Of a stretch of 64,000 nucleotides of DNA, positions 9,093 to 18,975 are shown one piece after another. Source of the DNA: an uncultured Desulfospira sp. (GTDB taxonomy: Bacteria; Desulfobacterota; Desulfobacteria; Desulfobacterales; Desulfobacteraceae); contig OY760175.1 in assembly GCA_963663165.1 (NCBI GenBank), forward strand, positions 3,808,001 through 3,872,000, read 5' to 3'. The notes beneath the pieces are model-generated. The model did no database searches and was not told where the DNA came from. It was given only the letters and a program-made list of their open reading frames with translations. The position numbers and the translations under genes are program-made. Positions within the stretch are counted from its first letter, which is position 1. The number at the start of each line of letters is the position of its first letter.

Positions 9093-10292
9093 ATGCGCTT
9101 CCGGGTTACGGCCATTATCATTGCAGGGTTTACCACTATATTTGCCGCCTTCGGCATCCGGTATTCATACGGTGTCTTACTGCCGGAAATGCTTTCCTCT
9201 CTGGCCATCTCCAACACCGAGGCCGGTATCATCTACTCTTCCTATTTTCTGATCTATACCTTGAGTTCTCCCGTGCTGGGGTTGATGGTGGACCGGACCA
9301 ATGCACGGGTTCTGCTGACTGTTTTTGTCGCTCTGCTGGGCCTTGGCGGCTGCCTGATGTCAACGGCATCAACCGTTTTAACGGCCAGTTTCTTTTTTGC
9401 CATTGCCGGGCTTGGCCATTCCGCATGCTGGGCCCCCGTGGTCACCGTGGTCATGCGATGGGTAAGCCGGGAAAGAAGGGGAATCGTTCTGTCCGTCGTC
9501 GACCTGGGAAGCGCCAGCAGCATCGCCTTCTGGAGCTTTTTGATTCCCATTATCATCGGTTCATTCGAGTGGCGGCTGGTCTGGGTTTTACTCGGGTTAA
9601 CCGCCCTGATGGCGGCGGGGTTGAACTTTTTTGCCATCAAGGACCGGCCTTCCTGCCCCACCGGACCTGAAGAAACATTGAAAAAGCCCAGTGCCTCCAT
9701 CCGGGATACCTACCGGATCATTTTTTCATACCGTAGCTTTCACCTGATTGCCCTGTCCTACATGATGATCAGTTTTGCCATCCTCATTCCCTTTACCTTT
9801 TTGACCGCCTACAGCACCCAGAAGCTCAATATTCCTTATTCATCGGCAGCCCTTCTCATAGCGGTCATCGGCATTTCAGGATCTGTGGGCAAACTGATTC
9901 TCGGCTATGTCTCCGATCAGGTCGGCCGCATCCGGATCATGATGCTTTGCGGTGTCCTGGTGGGGTTAGGGGGGGTGGGGCTGGCGTTTGTACAGAATTT
10001 TTCCCTGCTGGTGATATCAACCATCATTTTCGGTGCCGGATACGGGACCATCTGGCCCCAGTACGCCGCTGCGGCCAGGGATTTGTTTTCCGAAGAATAC
10101 TCGGGCAGCGTCATCGGCCTTTGGACACTGTACCATGGCTTTGGCTCCGTACTGGCCCCGATCATTGCCGGCTGGAGCATCGATGCCACCGGGACCTACT
10201 TTTATGCCTTTATCATGACCATTGCCAGCGCGGTCCTTGCCCTGGTGCTGCTGCTGCCGCTAAGTGCCGGCAAAACAGCCGTAAACAAATGA
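9093..10292 (+). CDS. MFS transporter
   Basis: About 12 hydrophobic segments; 'GLMVDRTNAR' and 'GYVSDQVGR' motifs. Confidence 0.9.
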   Translation: MRFRVTAIIIAGFTTIFAAFGIRYSYGVLLPEMLSSLAISNTEAGIIYSSYFLIYTLSSPVLGLMVDRTNARVLLTVFVALLGLGGCLMSTASTVLTASFFFAIAGLGHSACWAPVVTVVMRWVSRERRGIVLSVVDLGSASSIAFWSFLIPIIIGSFEWRLVWVLLGLTALMAAGLNFFAIKDRPSCPTGPEETLKKPSASIRDTYRIIFSYRSFHLIALSYMMISFAILIPFTFLTAYSTQKLNIPYSSAALLIAVIGISGSVGKLILGYVSDQVGRIRIMMLCGVLVGLGGVGLAFVQNFSLLVISTIIFGAGYGTIWPQYAAAARDLFSEEYSGSVIGLWTLYHGFGSVLAPIIAGWSIDATGTYFYAFIMTIASAVLALVLLLPLSAGKTAVNK

Positions 10293-10294
10293 AA

Positions 10295-10358
10295 AGCACT
10301 GATGAACAGTTACGGGTCCTGATTTTTGCTCATTTTTCAGCATCAGCTGAATAGTCAC
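10295..10358 (+). repeat. Partial (right-half) copy of the 152-bp MITE
   Basis: aagcactgatgaacagttacgg...tcagcatcagctgaatagtcac matches 29360-29425. Confidence 0.7.
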
Positions 10359-10366
10359 AAAACCGG

Positions 10367-10939
10367 TTAAGTTTCAGAAGGAATCATGATGTCATAATAA
10401 TTTTTGTCCTTGGAAGTTTTTTTATAGCTTGCCTCTCCCTTTAATGCATCTATGGCCGCTTGAAATTCATCTCCCAGTCCGGCCGGGTCAGAAATAGAAT
10501 CAGAGTCCCGGTAAATGATACAAAGATGAGACTGCAGCATGGATGTATTGATATAAATAACGGGGCCGCTTCCATTGTCCGTAATAGAGCTTTGAACCAG
10601 GCTTTTGATAAGTTTGAAAACCTTATCGTAATTCCCCTTGAATGCCTCTCCGCTGGGGTTTGAAAAGGATGTTTTAAGATTGTATCTGCTAAACCGGCGC
10701 TCTATGTTGGATAACAATTCCTCAATGTCAATGGGGCCGGGTTTGAACGGCACCCGGTTTTCCCCATACAGGGCATCTATCATGTCTTCCTCAAATTCAA
10801 AAATTTTTGTACTGAGCGAATCAGGGATGACCATGATGTCTTTGTTCTCGTCATCAAGAGACCCCATTGTCAGTGTTCCCTGCTGTTCCTTGATCCAGAT
10901 ACCCCTTTTTAATAATGAGGGATTTTGGTTGTTATCCAT
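10367..10939 (-). CDS. Hypothetical protein, possibly a degenerate histidine-kinase ATPase-like fold
   Basis: 190-aa ORF with GGAG SD; weak resemblance 'LIKSLVQSSI...LCIIYRD'. Confidence 0.5.
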   Translation of the reverse strand: MDNNQNPSLLKRGIWIKEQQGTLTMGSLDDENKDIMVIPDSLSTKIFEFEEDMIDALYGENRVPFKPGPIDIEELLSNIERRFSRYNLKTSFSNPSGEAFKGNYDKVFKLIKSLVQSSITDNGSGPVIYINTSMLQSHLCIIYRDSDSISDPAGLGDEFQAAIDALKGEASYKKTSKDKNYYDIMIPSET

Positions 10940-11274
10940 GCGTTATCTCCCAAGGTCAATAATTTATGAAAAGCCACCCATCTGCTGCGTTTCAGAAAAA
11001 TTTGTAATCCTCAAACCCTTTATGGTTGCTCCGCTTGCAAATTTTTCTGCGCCTTGAATCTGGGCAACTTTTCACCCAAACACGGGTTTTCGCTCAGGCA
11101 CAAATTAGGTGAGCCAAATCTGATGTCTTAATCCAAATGTTTTTAAAATCTATCTGTTATTTAAAAGAATCGCAAGAATTTTATCCATGGCCACGCAAGA
11201 AGGTTGGATGGATATAAAGAAATACCGATCCAAGGGCAGAATCCGGGCCGCCGGGGTTATCCTCCTTTTTTTGG

Positions 11275-12951
11275 CTATCTGCCCGTCCCGCTGGAAAAAT
11301 CAATGGACAACAGATAGGACCTTAAATTTTTCTTTTTGTTTTTGATCCCGAGCTTCTTTCTTAAATTGTGGCGATGGATCTGAATGGTGTTTACCGACAG
11401 GTTCATCAGGTCGGCAATATCTTTGTTGGTTTTGCCTTCCCGGACCAGGGCGGCGACCTCGATTTCCCTGGCGGTCATGTCCGGATGATCCGTTACCACC
11501 CGCCTCATGAAGGGTGTAATGATATCATTGAGGTGGGATTCAAGAATCTCAAGGTAGTTCAGCTGGTTCATGTTCAGGCCCATTTTTTTGAGCTGGTATA
11601 CATAGGGAAGGGCCAGCTCCTTGACGTTCATGATGATTCGCCTTTCCATCTCTTTTTGATCGTCCTCCCGCTGGGCCAGCAGCACCTTTAAAGCGGTATT
11701 GGTTTCTTCTAAGCGAATAGATTTTCTTTCAAGCTCAGCCTCCCTTGATTCAAGCTCTTTCTCGGCCAGTTTTCTGGCCGTATGGTCCATGGAGATCATC
11801 CCGACCACCAGGCGATTCCGGGTATCCCGCAAAGGAAATTTAACCGTATGAAAATAGTGGAACCCGCCGGGGAAATTCATGGTTTCTTCCAGCTCCAGTG
11901 ATTTTCCCTGCCTGAGGATTTCCTGATTGGACCGGCTGATTTTTTGAGCGGTTTCAGATGAGAAGATATCTTCAAATCGTTTCCCCAGAACCAGATCCGC
12001 TTTTAACCCCACCAGGTTTTCCCATGCCGGATTGACCAGTTCAATGGTTCCGTCGGCACTGAAGACACTGATGGGCGCCGGCAGATTTTTTAAAAAAGAA
12101 TGGAGGTATTCATGGGTTTGCCGGTAATTTTGCTCAATCTTGCGCTGCTGGGTAATATTCAAGGTGATGAAAACCACCCCCTGGACCCTGCCATCCTCAT
12201 CTTTCACAGGGCTTGCCACTTCAATAAATGTCCTGCCGTCCTCCAGGAGGGTTTCCTTTTTTTTAACTTCGCCGGCCTTAAAGGTTTCCAGAGGAGAGCA
12301 CTCTTTTATGCACGGGGTGGACCGCCCCCAGATCAATTCATAGCAATATGGGTGGATGGGGCTTTCAGAACGGCTCCGGCCCAGCAAACCGGCGTTATCC
12401 CAAACGATACGGCGATCCGGGTCCAGGTACTTGATGTCGACCAGCCCTTCCAGTGCGTCCAGGATCGCCTGCTTTTCAGATTCTGACTGTTTCAGGGCCT
12501 GCAGGGCGGCCTGGTGTCCGGAGAGCTGTTCTTCTTGTTGTTCTTTTTCCCGGGTAATGTCCAGAAGAATACCGGCCACGGTCTGCAAGGGGTTGCGATC
12601 GCTGCGCTTAACCATGGCAAAGCGATCCCGGACCCAGCGAAATCCTTTGTTTTTCAACTTTACCCGGTATTCGATTTCACAGGGTTGATTTTCAAGGTCT
12701 GTACAATGGGTTATGATCTCGGGGGTTATGATTTTGGCAACCCGTTCCCTATCGTCTTTATGGATCATTTTTTTCCACGTGGAACGGCTGTATTGAACGC
12801 TTCCCGGTGTTTCTTCCAGCATCCCTGAACAATCATCAAAAATCATCATCCCGGTTGCCACATCCCACTCATAAACCGTTAGTCCTGTGCCACAGACAGC
12901 CTGGAATACTCTTTTTCTGGCCTTGGAATCGACCTGGTTAATGGATACCAT
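11275..12951 (-). CDS. Multi-PAS LuxR-family transcriptional regulator
   Basis: PAS motifs (IHKDDRERV, IEYRV...WVRD); C-terminal 'TAREIEVAALVREGKTNKDIA...HRHNLRKKLG'. Confidence 0.9.
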   Translation of the reverse strand: MVSINQVDSKARKRVFQAVCGTGLTVYEWDVATGMMIFDDCSGMLEETPGSVQYSRSTWKKMIHKDDRERVAKIITPEIITHCTDLENQPCEIEYRVKLKNKGFRWVRDRFAMVKRSDRNPLQTVAGILLDITREKEQQEEQLSGHQAALQALKQSESEKQAILDALEGLVDIKYLDPDRRIVWDNAGLLGRSRSESPIHPYCYELIWGRSTPCIKECSPLETFKAGEVKKKETLLEDGRTFIEVASPVKDEDGRVQGVVFITLNITQQRKIEQNYRQTHEYLHSFLKNLPAPISVFSADGTIELVNPAWENLVGLKADLVLGKRFEDIFSSETAQKISRSNQEILRQGKSLELEETMNFPGGFHYFHTVKFPLRDTRNRLVVGMISMDHTARKLAEKELESREAELERKSIRLEETNTALKVLLAQREDDQKEMERRIIMNVKELALPYVYQLKKMGLNMNQLNYLEILESHLNDIITPFMRRVVTDHPDMTAREIEVAALVREGKTNKDIADLMNLSVNTIQIHRHNLRKKLGIKNKKKNLRSYLLSIDFSSGTGR

Positions 12952-13260
12952 TGAATAGGTCCTGTTTAGATTTTCTACTATAAAACAGCTATATTTATTA
13001 GCTGTTTTTTTAATGTTGAATCAATATATTCAGTTAAGATAAGTATAACTACACTGAGCAAGAGATAATGGCAAGACAATTTACGTTTGATTGGTAAGCA
13101 CCATACCATGTTCCAAAGCACTTAAACGGGGCCATCACAGCGGAAGGCAGGCCGATGCCGATTTTTTAACAGACGATGAGAAATGCGGCCTTATATTCAA
13201 ATTATTCAGGAATAAGACCGGGTCAGCAATAAAAACCGTTTTAGCAAAAGGAGATTGAGT

Positions 13261-14274
13261 ATGAGCAAAACAGTTAAAGTATTCATGTGTGTCTTGTTGT
13301 CCATCGGCTTTGTTTCGTCAAGCGCGTTTTGCGGCCCCATGGTTATAAAAGGCATAACTGCCTTTCCCAAAAACCATCTGTCCAATGATCCGGTCCACAT
13401 TTTCGTAGAAAAAATAAACCAGCGGGCCCAGGGGAAATTAAAAATAGACTGGGTAGGGGGGCCTGAAGTTCTGAAGTCCTTTGATCAGATTCACGCCCTG
13501 AAAGCCGGAACCATTGATATGCTGTTATATTATCCCTTTCCTTATATGAAGTCCCTGGTGCCGGTGGCTGAGGCCAAAGCGTTAAGCGAACTCACCCAGT
13601 GGGAAGAACGCGAATCCGGCGCTTTTGACCTGTTAAGTGAAATCCTGGCGAAAAAGGCCAATGCAAAATATATCGGCAGCCCTCACAGTTTTCTGGGCTA
13701 CCATATTTACACCAATAAAAAAATCCTGAGCATTGATGATTTCAAAGGCTTAAAAATCCGGGCTCAGCCCCTTTATGTCCCGTTGCTCAAGGCCCTTGGG
13801 GCCACCCCCCTGACCATGCCGGCACCGGAAATATACACAGCCATGGAACGGGGTGTGGTGGACGGGTTTATGTGGCCCAAAGTCGGCATGATCAGCTGGG
13901 GCCTCCAGGAGGTCACCAAGTACGTGGTTGAGCCGTCTATTTTTCGTATGGGCCAGGCCGTTCTCATGAACATGGACAAATGGAACAAGCTGCCCAAAGA
14001 TATGCAGGACCTTTTCAGCGAGGTGATGCAGGATATTGAATACATTGGGACCATGAGAAACATCATGATCGGCGAATATGAAGACAACGTCCGAAGACAG
14101 GCCGGGATGGAATATCTTAAACTCTCACCGGCCGATGCTGAAACGTTCGTTAAGACAGCTTATGAAAAAACATGGGAACTGGTATTGAAAAAAGCACCCG
14201 AATACGGCCCAAAGCTTCAACAGCTGTCTTCAAAACAGGCCGTGCCCAAAGGCAAATTTCCCTGGAAAAACTAA
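13261..14274 (+). CDS. dctP: TRAP transporter substrate-binding protein
   Basis: Signal peptide; 'DFKGLKIRA', 'EIYTAMERGVVDG'. Confidence 0.9.
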   Translation: MSKTVKVFMCVLLSIGFVSSSAFCGPMVIKGITAFPKNHLSNDPVHIFVEKINQRAQGKLKIDWVGGPEVLKSFDQIHALKAGTIDMLLYYPFPYMKSLVPVAEAKALSELTQWEERESGAFDLLSEILAKKANAKYIGSPHSFLGYHIYTNKKILSIDDFKGLKIRAQPLYVPLLKALGATPLTMPAPEIYTAMERGVVDGFMWPKVGMISWGLQEVTKYVVEPSIFRMGQAVLMNMDKWNKLPKDMQDLFSEVMQDIEYIGTMRNIMIGEYEDNVRRQAGMEYLKLSPADAETFVKTAYEKTWELVLKKAPEYGPKLQQLSSKQAVPKGKFPWKN

Positions 14275-14282
14275 TCCTCCCC

Positions 14283-14318
14283 CCTGCCAAAGCCGGTCTC
14301 CCTGACGGGTTTGGCAGG
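14283..14318. terminator. Intergenic hairpin after dctP
   Basis: cctgccaaa...tttggcagg. Confidence 0.45.
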
Positions 14319-14440
14319 CAATGCATTCTGGTTATTTACCGGAAAGCCCAAAACAGCCCCTTGCAGGGGATTTGAAACATTTATGACGGATGGTTTGGAT
14401 TTTATACCCCAAGGGATGGACTGTTTACGAAAGGTGACTC

Positions 14441-14929
14441 ATGAAGCAAAAATTCTTTGATCCAATTATCAATTTCATGGCGTTTCTGGCCGGAACCGCT
14501 CTGGTTGCGGCGGTAGTGATTGTCTGTTTTGAAATCTGCATGCGGTACTTTTTTCACCGGCCCCAGATATGGACCGTTGAAGTCTGTGAGTATATCCTTT
14601 TTGGCATGACGTTTCTGGGTGCTCCCTGGCTGCTTAAAACCGGGGGCCACGTCAACATTGACGTTGTCATGTCCCAATTTGGGGCCAGGGGCCAGGCCGG
14701 TTTTAAGCTGTTCTATTCGGGCATGGGGATTTTAACCTGTCTTATCATCAGCTGGTTTTCCATTGCAACAGCCATTGAGTGCTATGAATCATCTGTTCTG
14801 ATCATTAAAGCCTTAAGCCTGCCCAAGCATTATTTCATCATATTAATGGCCGTGAGCTATTTTTTACTTTTTGTTGAATTTACAGGAACGTTCCTGGACA
14901 GCCTGAAACAGATAAGAAAGGACATTTAA
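14441..14929 (+). CDS. dctQ: TRAP small permease
   Basis: 4 TM segments; 'RYFF.RP..W..E', 'HVNID'. Confidence 0.9.
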   Translation: MKQKFFDPIINFMAFLAGTALVAAVVIVCFEICMRYFFHRPQIWTVEVCEYILFGMTFLGAPWLLKTGGHVNIDVVMSQFGARGQAGFKLFYSGMGILTCLIISWFSIATAIECYESSVLIIKALSLPKHYFIILMAVSYFLLFVEFTGTFLDSLKQIRKDI

Positions 14930-16237
14930 ATGGAATGGTGGTTGATTCTCCTGTTGATCGTCGGTGGATTCTTGTGTCTTCTGGCATCGGGCATGCCGGT
15001 ATTTCTTGCGTTTACCCTCATTGATATTCTTGGCATCTATTTTTTATGGGGCGGCAGTGCAGGCCTGGGCCAGCTGATCCACTCCATTTTCTCTTCCACG
15101 TGCAGTTTTGTTTTACTGCCGGTCCCTTTGTTCGTCCTGATGGGAGAACTACTGTTCTATTCGGGCGCCTTTATCCGGGCCATTGACACCCTGGACAAAT
15201 GGATGGGACGGCTGCCGGGCAGGCTGTGCATTCTCAGCGTGGGAGGGGCCACTATTTTTTCAACCCTGAGCGGATCAAGCATGGGAACGGCTGCCATGCT
15301 GGGCTCTTTGCTGCTTCCGGATATGATGGAAAGGGGATATCACAAGCACATTTCCATTGGCGCCTGCATGAGCGGCTCCCTGGCCATGATTATCCCGCCG
15401 AGCGCCCTGGCAGTCATTTTAGGGTCCCTGGCCGAGGTATCCATCGGGAAGCTGCTGATTTCCGGGATTGTACCGGGACTGCTCATCGCCTCCCTGTATA
15501 TTGCCTATATCGTCATCCGGTGCATGATTCAGCCCCACCTGGCGCCGGCCTATGAAACCGAAAAAGTCCCCTGGCCGGAAAAAATCACCTCTTTGATGAA
15601 AAATGTGATGCCCTTTACCATTATTATATTTATTGTCACCGGCCTGATCTTTGCCGGCCTTGCAACACCGACAGAATCGGCGGCCATGGGGGTTGTGGCC
15701 ACCATAGCCGTCATTTTTTTCTACGGCAGACTGACCATGGATGTTTTAAAGAAATCCATCATTGCCACCCTTAAAATAACGGTGATGATGCTGATGATTT
15801 TAACCGGATCTACCGCTTTCAGCCAAATTCTGGCATTTACCGGTGCCGGCCGGGGGCTTGTGGAGCTGGTGGTCGGTTTTCAGATGCCGGACCTGTCCAT
15901 TATTATCATGATGCAGCTGATGATGATTCTTCTGGGAACCTTTATGGAACAGGTCTCCATCATGATGATCACCTTCCCGATTTTCATGCCCATTGTTCTG
16001 GCTTTGGGATTTGACCCGGTCTGGTTCGGACTGCTGGTTCTGATCAATATGCAGATCGGAATGACAACCCCGCCTTTCGGGTTATGCCTGTTTGTCATGA
16101 GAGGGGTGGCCCCGCCCGGAATTCAGATGATGGATATTTATAAATCGGTCCTGCCCTTTATCACCATTGATATGATGACCATGCTGCTGATCATGTTTTT
16201 CCCCGGGATTGCTTTGTTTTTAACTCATTTCATGTGA
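14930..16237 (+). CDS. dctM: TRAP large permease
   Basis: 'PLFVLMGE', 'IIPPS', 'TPTESAA', 'TPPFG'. Confidence 0.92.
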   Translation: MEWWLILLLIVGGFLCLLASGMPVFLAFTLIDILGIYFLWGGSAGLGQLIHSIFSSTCSFVLLPVPLFVLMGELLFYSGAFIRAIDTLDKWMGRLPGRLCILSVGGATIFSTLSGSSMGTAAMLGSLLLPDMMERGYHKHISIGACMSGSLAMIIPPSALAVILGSLAEVSIGKLLISGIVPGLLIASLYIAYIVIRCMIQPHLAPAYETEKVPWPEKITSLMKNVMPFTIIIFIVTGLIFAGLATPTESAAMGVVATIAVIFFYGRLTMDVLKKSIIATLKITVMMLMILTGSTAFSQILAFTGAGRGLVELVVGFQMPDLSIIIMMQLMMILLGTFMEQVSIMMITFPIFMPIVLALGFDPVWFGLLVLINMQIGMTTPPFGLCLFVMRGVAPPGIQMMDIYKSVLPFITIDMMTMLLIMFFPGIALFLTHFM

Positions 16238-16308
16238 ACCGCTTCTAAACTGATGAAGATAAGCGTTTAAGCCATTTTTTTAAATTTTAACCGATGGGTA
16301 TAAGGAAT

Positions 16309-18447
16309 ATGCGAAACCGCACAATAACCACAAATGACCTGATCAAAGCCAAAATTCCCGGAAAGGATACCGGGATTGATATCCGGCCGACCAACTGCGC
16401 CATCTGCACCCAGAACTGCGGCATTAATGCCTATGTCAAAGACGGTATGGTGGTTAAAATTGAAGGGACCCCTGAAAACAGCGCCACCGGGGGAAAACTC
16501 TGCTGCAAAGGCGCGGCAAACCGGCAGTATATCTACCATAACGACCGCATCCGATCCCCCATGTTAAGGAAGGGGAAATCCGGTACGTTAACAGCCGTCT
16601 CCTGGGATGAGGCCATGGATTTTTTTGCCCGGAACCTGCTGAAAATCAAGGCAGAATCCGGACCTGAATCCGTGGTTTTCTTCGCCGGATATCCCAAGCG
16701 GTTCCGGCCTTTTCTAAAAAGGCTTGCCCTTGGGTTCGGCAGTCCCAATTACTGTTCAGAGTCCAGCACCTGCTTTTTTGCAACGGTCATGGCCAATAAA
16801 CTCAACTACGGCATGGGCGGCGGGCCGGATATGGCCCATACCCAGTGTCTGATGGTCTGGAGCGCCAATCCCTTTCATTCTAAAACATCGGCAGCCAAAA
16901 GCCTGGTCACCGCCATTGAAAACGGCCTGAAAATCATAGAGGTCGGGCCAATGATCACCCCGATCTCCCGCCACGCACAGTTTCATCTTAAGCTGCGGCC
17001 CGGCACATCCGGGGCATTGGCCCTGGGGATGGCCCATGTGATCATGGAAGAAAATCTCTATGACCGCGACTTCATTGAGAACTGGACCGTTGGGTTTGAT
17101 GAGTTTAAAGCCTATGCCAAAGAATTTACCCCGGCGGCTGTCCAACAGATCACATCGGTCCCGGCCAAGGATATCATCGGGGCGGCACGGCTTTTTGCCA
17201 CCGTAAAACCCGCGGCCATCCTGAGTGGGGCCAGCCCCACGGTTCACCACACCAATGGCGTCCAGAATCACCGGGCCATCACGGCCCTCATCGGCCTGAC
17301 CGGGAATTTTGACCGGCCCGGCGGCAATCACCCGGTTCCCACATCCTATTATCACCAGCCCACAGGCCTGGTCACCCGGGAACATGAATTTGAACAGGTC
17401 CGGCCCTTTGAAGAGATGCCGCCGAGAATCGGCCAGGATGTTCATCCGGTCTGGTGTAAACTGGTCCACGAAGCCCAGTCCATGCATATCCCCTTTCAGA
17501 TCAACAGCCAAAAGCCCTATCCCATCAAGGCCATGGTGGGGTTTGGCTTGAATTACCGCATGTGGCCCGGCTCTGATCATATGCGGGACAGCCTGAAAAA
17601 ACTGGATTTTCTGGTGGTCACAGACCTTTTCATGACCGATACGGCAAAGCTTGCGGACCTGGTGCTTCCGGCATGCAGCTCTTTTGAAAAAAGTGATCTT
17701 CGCATCTGGCCCAACCGGTACGCCCTCTGGTCCCAGCCGGCCATTGATCCGGTAGGAGAATCCCGGCCCGACGCGGATATCATTATTGAAATGGCGGACC
17801 GGCTCGGCCTGAAGGATGAGCTGATGCAAAAGGGCCCAGAGGCCTGTCTGGACTGGATGTTTAAACCTTCGGGCATCACCGTTGAACAGATCCGAAAACA
17901 CCCCAAAGGGTGTCAGATCGACCGCCCCATGCCAGGGTATGAAAAATACAAAAAAACCGGCTTTCCCACCCCCTCGGGGAAGATGGAATTTTCATCGTCC
18001 ATTCTCAAAGAGGCCGGGGTTGACCCCCTTCCCACATATACGGAGCCCAAGCACAGCCCGGTATCAACGCCTGACATTGCCCGGGATTTCCCCTTTATCC
18101 TGTCCACGGGCTCCCGGCTGCCCATGTTTGTCCACTCCAGAACCTTCCGGCTTTCCTCAACCCGGCGGCTTCGGCCGGACCCCATGGTGGACATCAATCC
18201 CACAGATGCCAAAGCCAAAGGGATATCCCAGGCAGATCCGGTGATATTGTCCACCCCCCGGGCTTCCATGACCGTGAAAGCCAACCTCACCCAACGGGTG
18301 CCGCCCGGGGTGCTGGCCATGCTTCACGGATACCCGGAAGCGGATATTAATGAGCTCATTGACCCGGACTACCGGGACCCTGTTTCAGGGTTTCCGGGAT
18401 TCAAGTCCCTGTTAGGCAATATTGAAAAGATAGAGAATGGAGAGTAA
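16309..18447 (+). CDS. Molybdopterin (bis-MGD) oxidoreductase catalytic subunit, cytoplasmic
   Basis: N-terminal CAICTQNC...C [4Fe-4S]; 'GSPNYCSESSTC'; 'TAKLADLVLPA'; no Tat motif. Confidence 0.9.
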   Translation: MRNRTITTNDLIKAKIPGKDTGIDIRPTNCAICTQNCGINAYVKDGMVVKIEGTPENSATGGKLCCKGAANRQYIYHNDRIRSPMLRKGKSGTLTAVSWDEAMDFFARNLLKIKAESGPESVVFFAGYPKRFRPFLKRLALGFGSPNYCSESSTCFFATVMANKLNYGMGGGPDMAHTQCLMVWSANPFHSKTSAAKSLVTAIENGLKIIEVGPMITPISRHAQFHLKLRPGTSGALALGMAHVIMEENLYDRDFIENWTVGFDEFKAYAKEFTPAAVQQITSVPAKDIIGAARLFATVKPAAILSGASPTVHHTNGVQNHRAITALIGLTGNFDRPGGNHPVPTSYYHQPTGLVTREHEFEQVRPFEEMPPRIGQDVHPVWCKLVHEAQSMHIPFQINSQKPYPIKAMVGFGLNYRMWPGSDHMRDSLKKLDFLVVTDLFMTDTAKLADLVLPACSSFEKSDLRIWPNRYALWSQPAIDPVGESRPDADIIIEMADRLGLKDELMQKGPEACLDWMFKPSGITVEQIRKHPKGCQIDRPMPGYEKYKKTGFPTPSGKMEFSSSILKEAGVDPLPTYTEPKHSPVSTPDIARDFPFILSTGSRLPMFVHSRTFRLSSTRRLRPDPMVDINPTDAKAKGISQADPVILSTPRASMTVKANLTQRVPPGVLAMLHGYPEADINELIDPDYRDPVSGFPGFKSLLGNIEKIENGE

Positions 18448-18449
18448 CC

Positions 18450-18974
18450 ATGGCCCAACTGACCTTTACATTTGATTTTTCAAGGTGTTCCGGATGCTAT
18501 GCCTGTGTGACGGCCTGTCAGGACCAGAATGATTTTACGGGCAATGAAACGGCCTTCAGACATGTGACCGCTTTAGAAACTGGGGAGTTCCCCGATGCCC
18601 GGATTTCATATTTTTCCATATCCTGTCTGCATTGCGGAGACCCCCAGTGTCTTACGGTCTGCCCGGTGAATGCCATTTATAAAGATGAAAAGAACGGCAT
18701 TGTCCGGGTAGAGCGGGATCTGTGCATCGGATGCCGCAGCTGTGAGCTGGTCTGTCCTTTCGGGGCGCCCAAGTTTGCCCATGACCGGCTGATGGCAAAG
18801 TGTGACATGTGTACCCTGAGAATGAAACACAACCTGGCCCCGGCCTGTGTTCGTGCCTGCCCCACAGAAGCGTTGGGCATCCAGGCCGTTGATGATGCAT
18901 CAGAACAAAAGGCGGAATCGGCATCCATCCAGATCCTCAAAGCGGCGGCGGCCGGCACCCTGGGGAAAGACTAA
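18450..18974 (+). CDS. DmsB-like 4x[4Fe-4S] subunit
   Basis: Four Cys-cluster motifs. Confidence 0.9.
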   Translation: MAQLTFTFDFSRCSGCYACVTACQDQNDFTGNETAFRHVTALETGEFPDARISYFSISCLHCGDPQCLTVCPVNAIYKDEKNGIVRVERDLCIGCRSCELVCPFGAPKFAHDRLMAKCDMCTLRMKHNLAPACVRACPTEALGIQAVDDASEQKAESASIQILKAAAAGTLGKD

Positions 18975-18975
18975 A

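Noticed and set aside
16756..17901. 381-aa antisense ORF and similar shadow ORFs (e.g. 37206..37919, 40930..41559)
   Set aside because: Antisense to well-supported genes and without motifs
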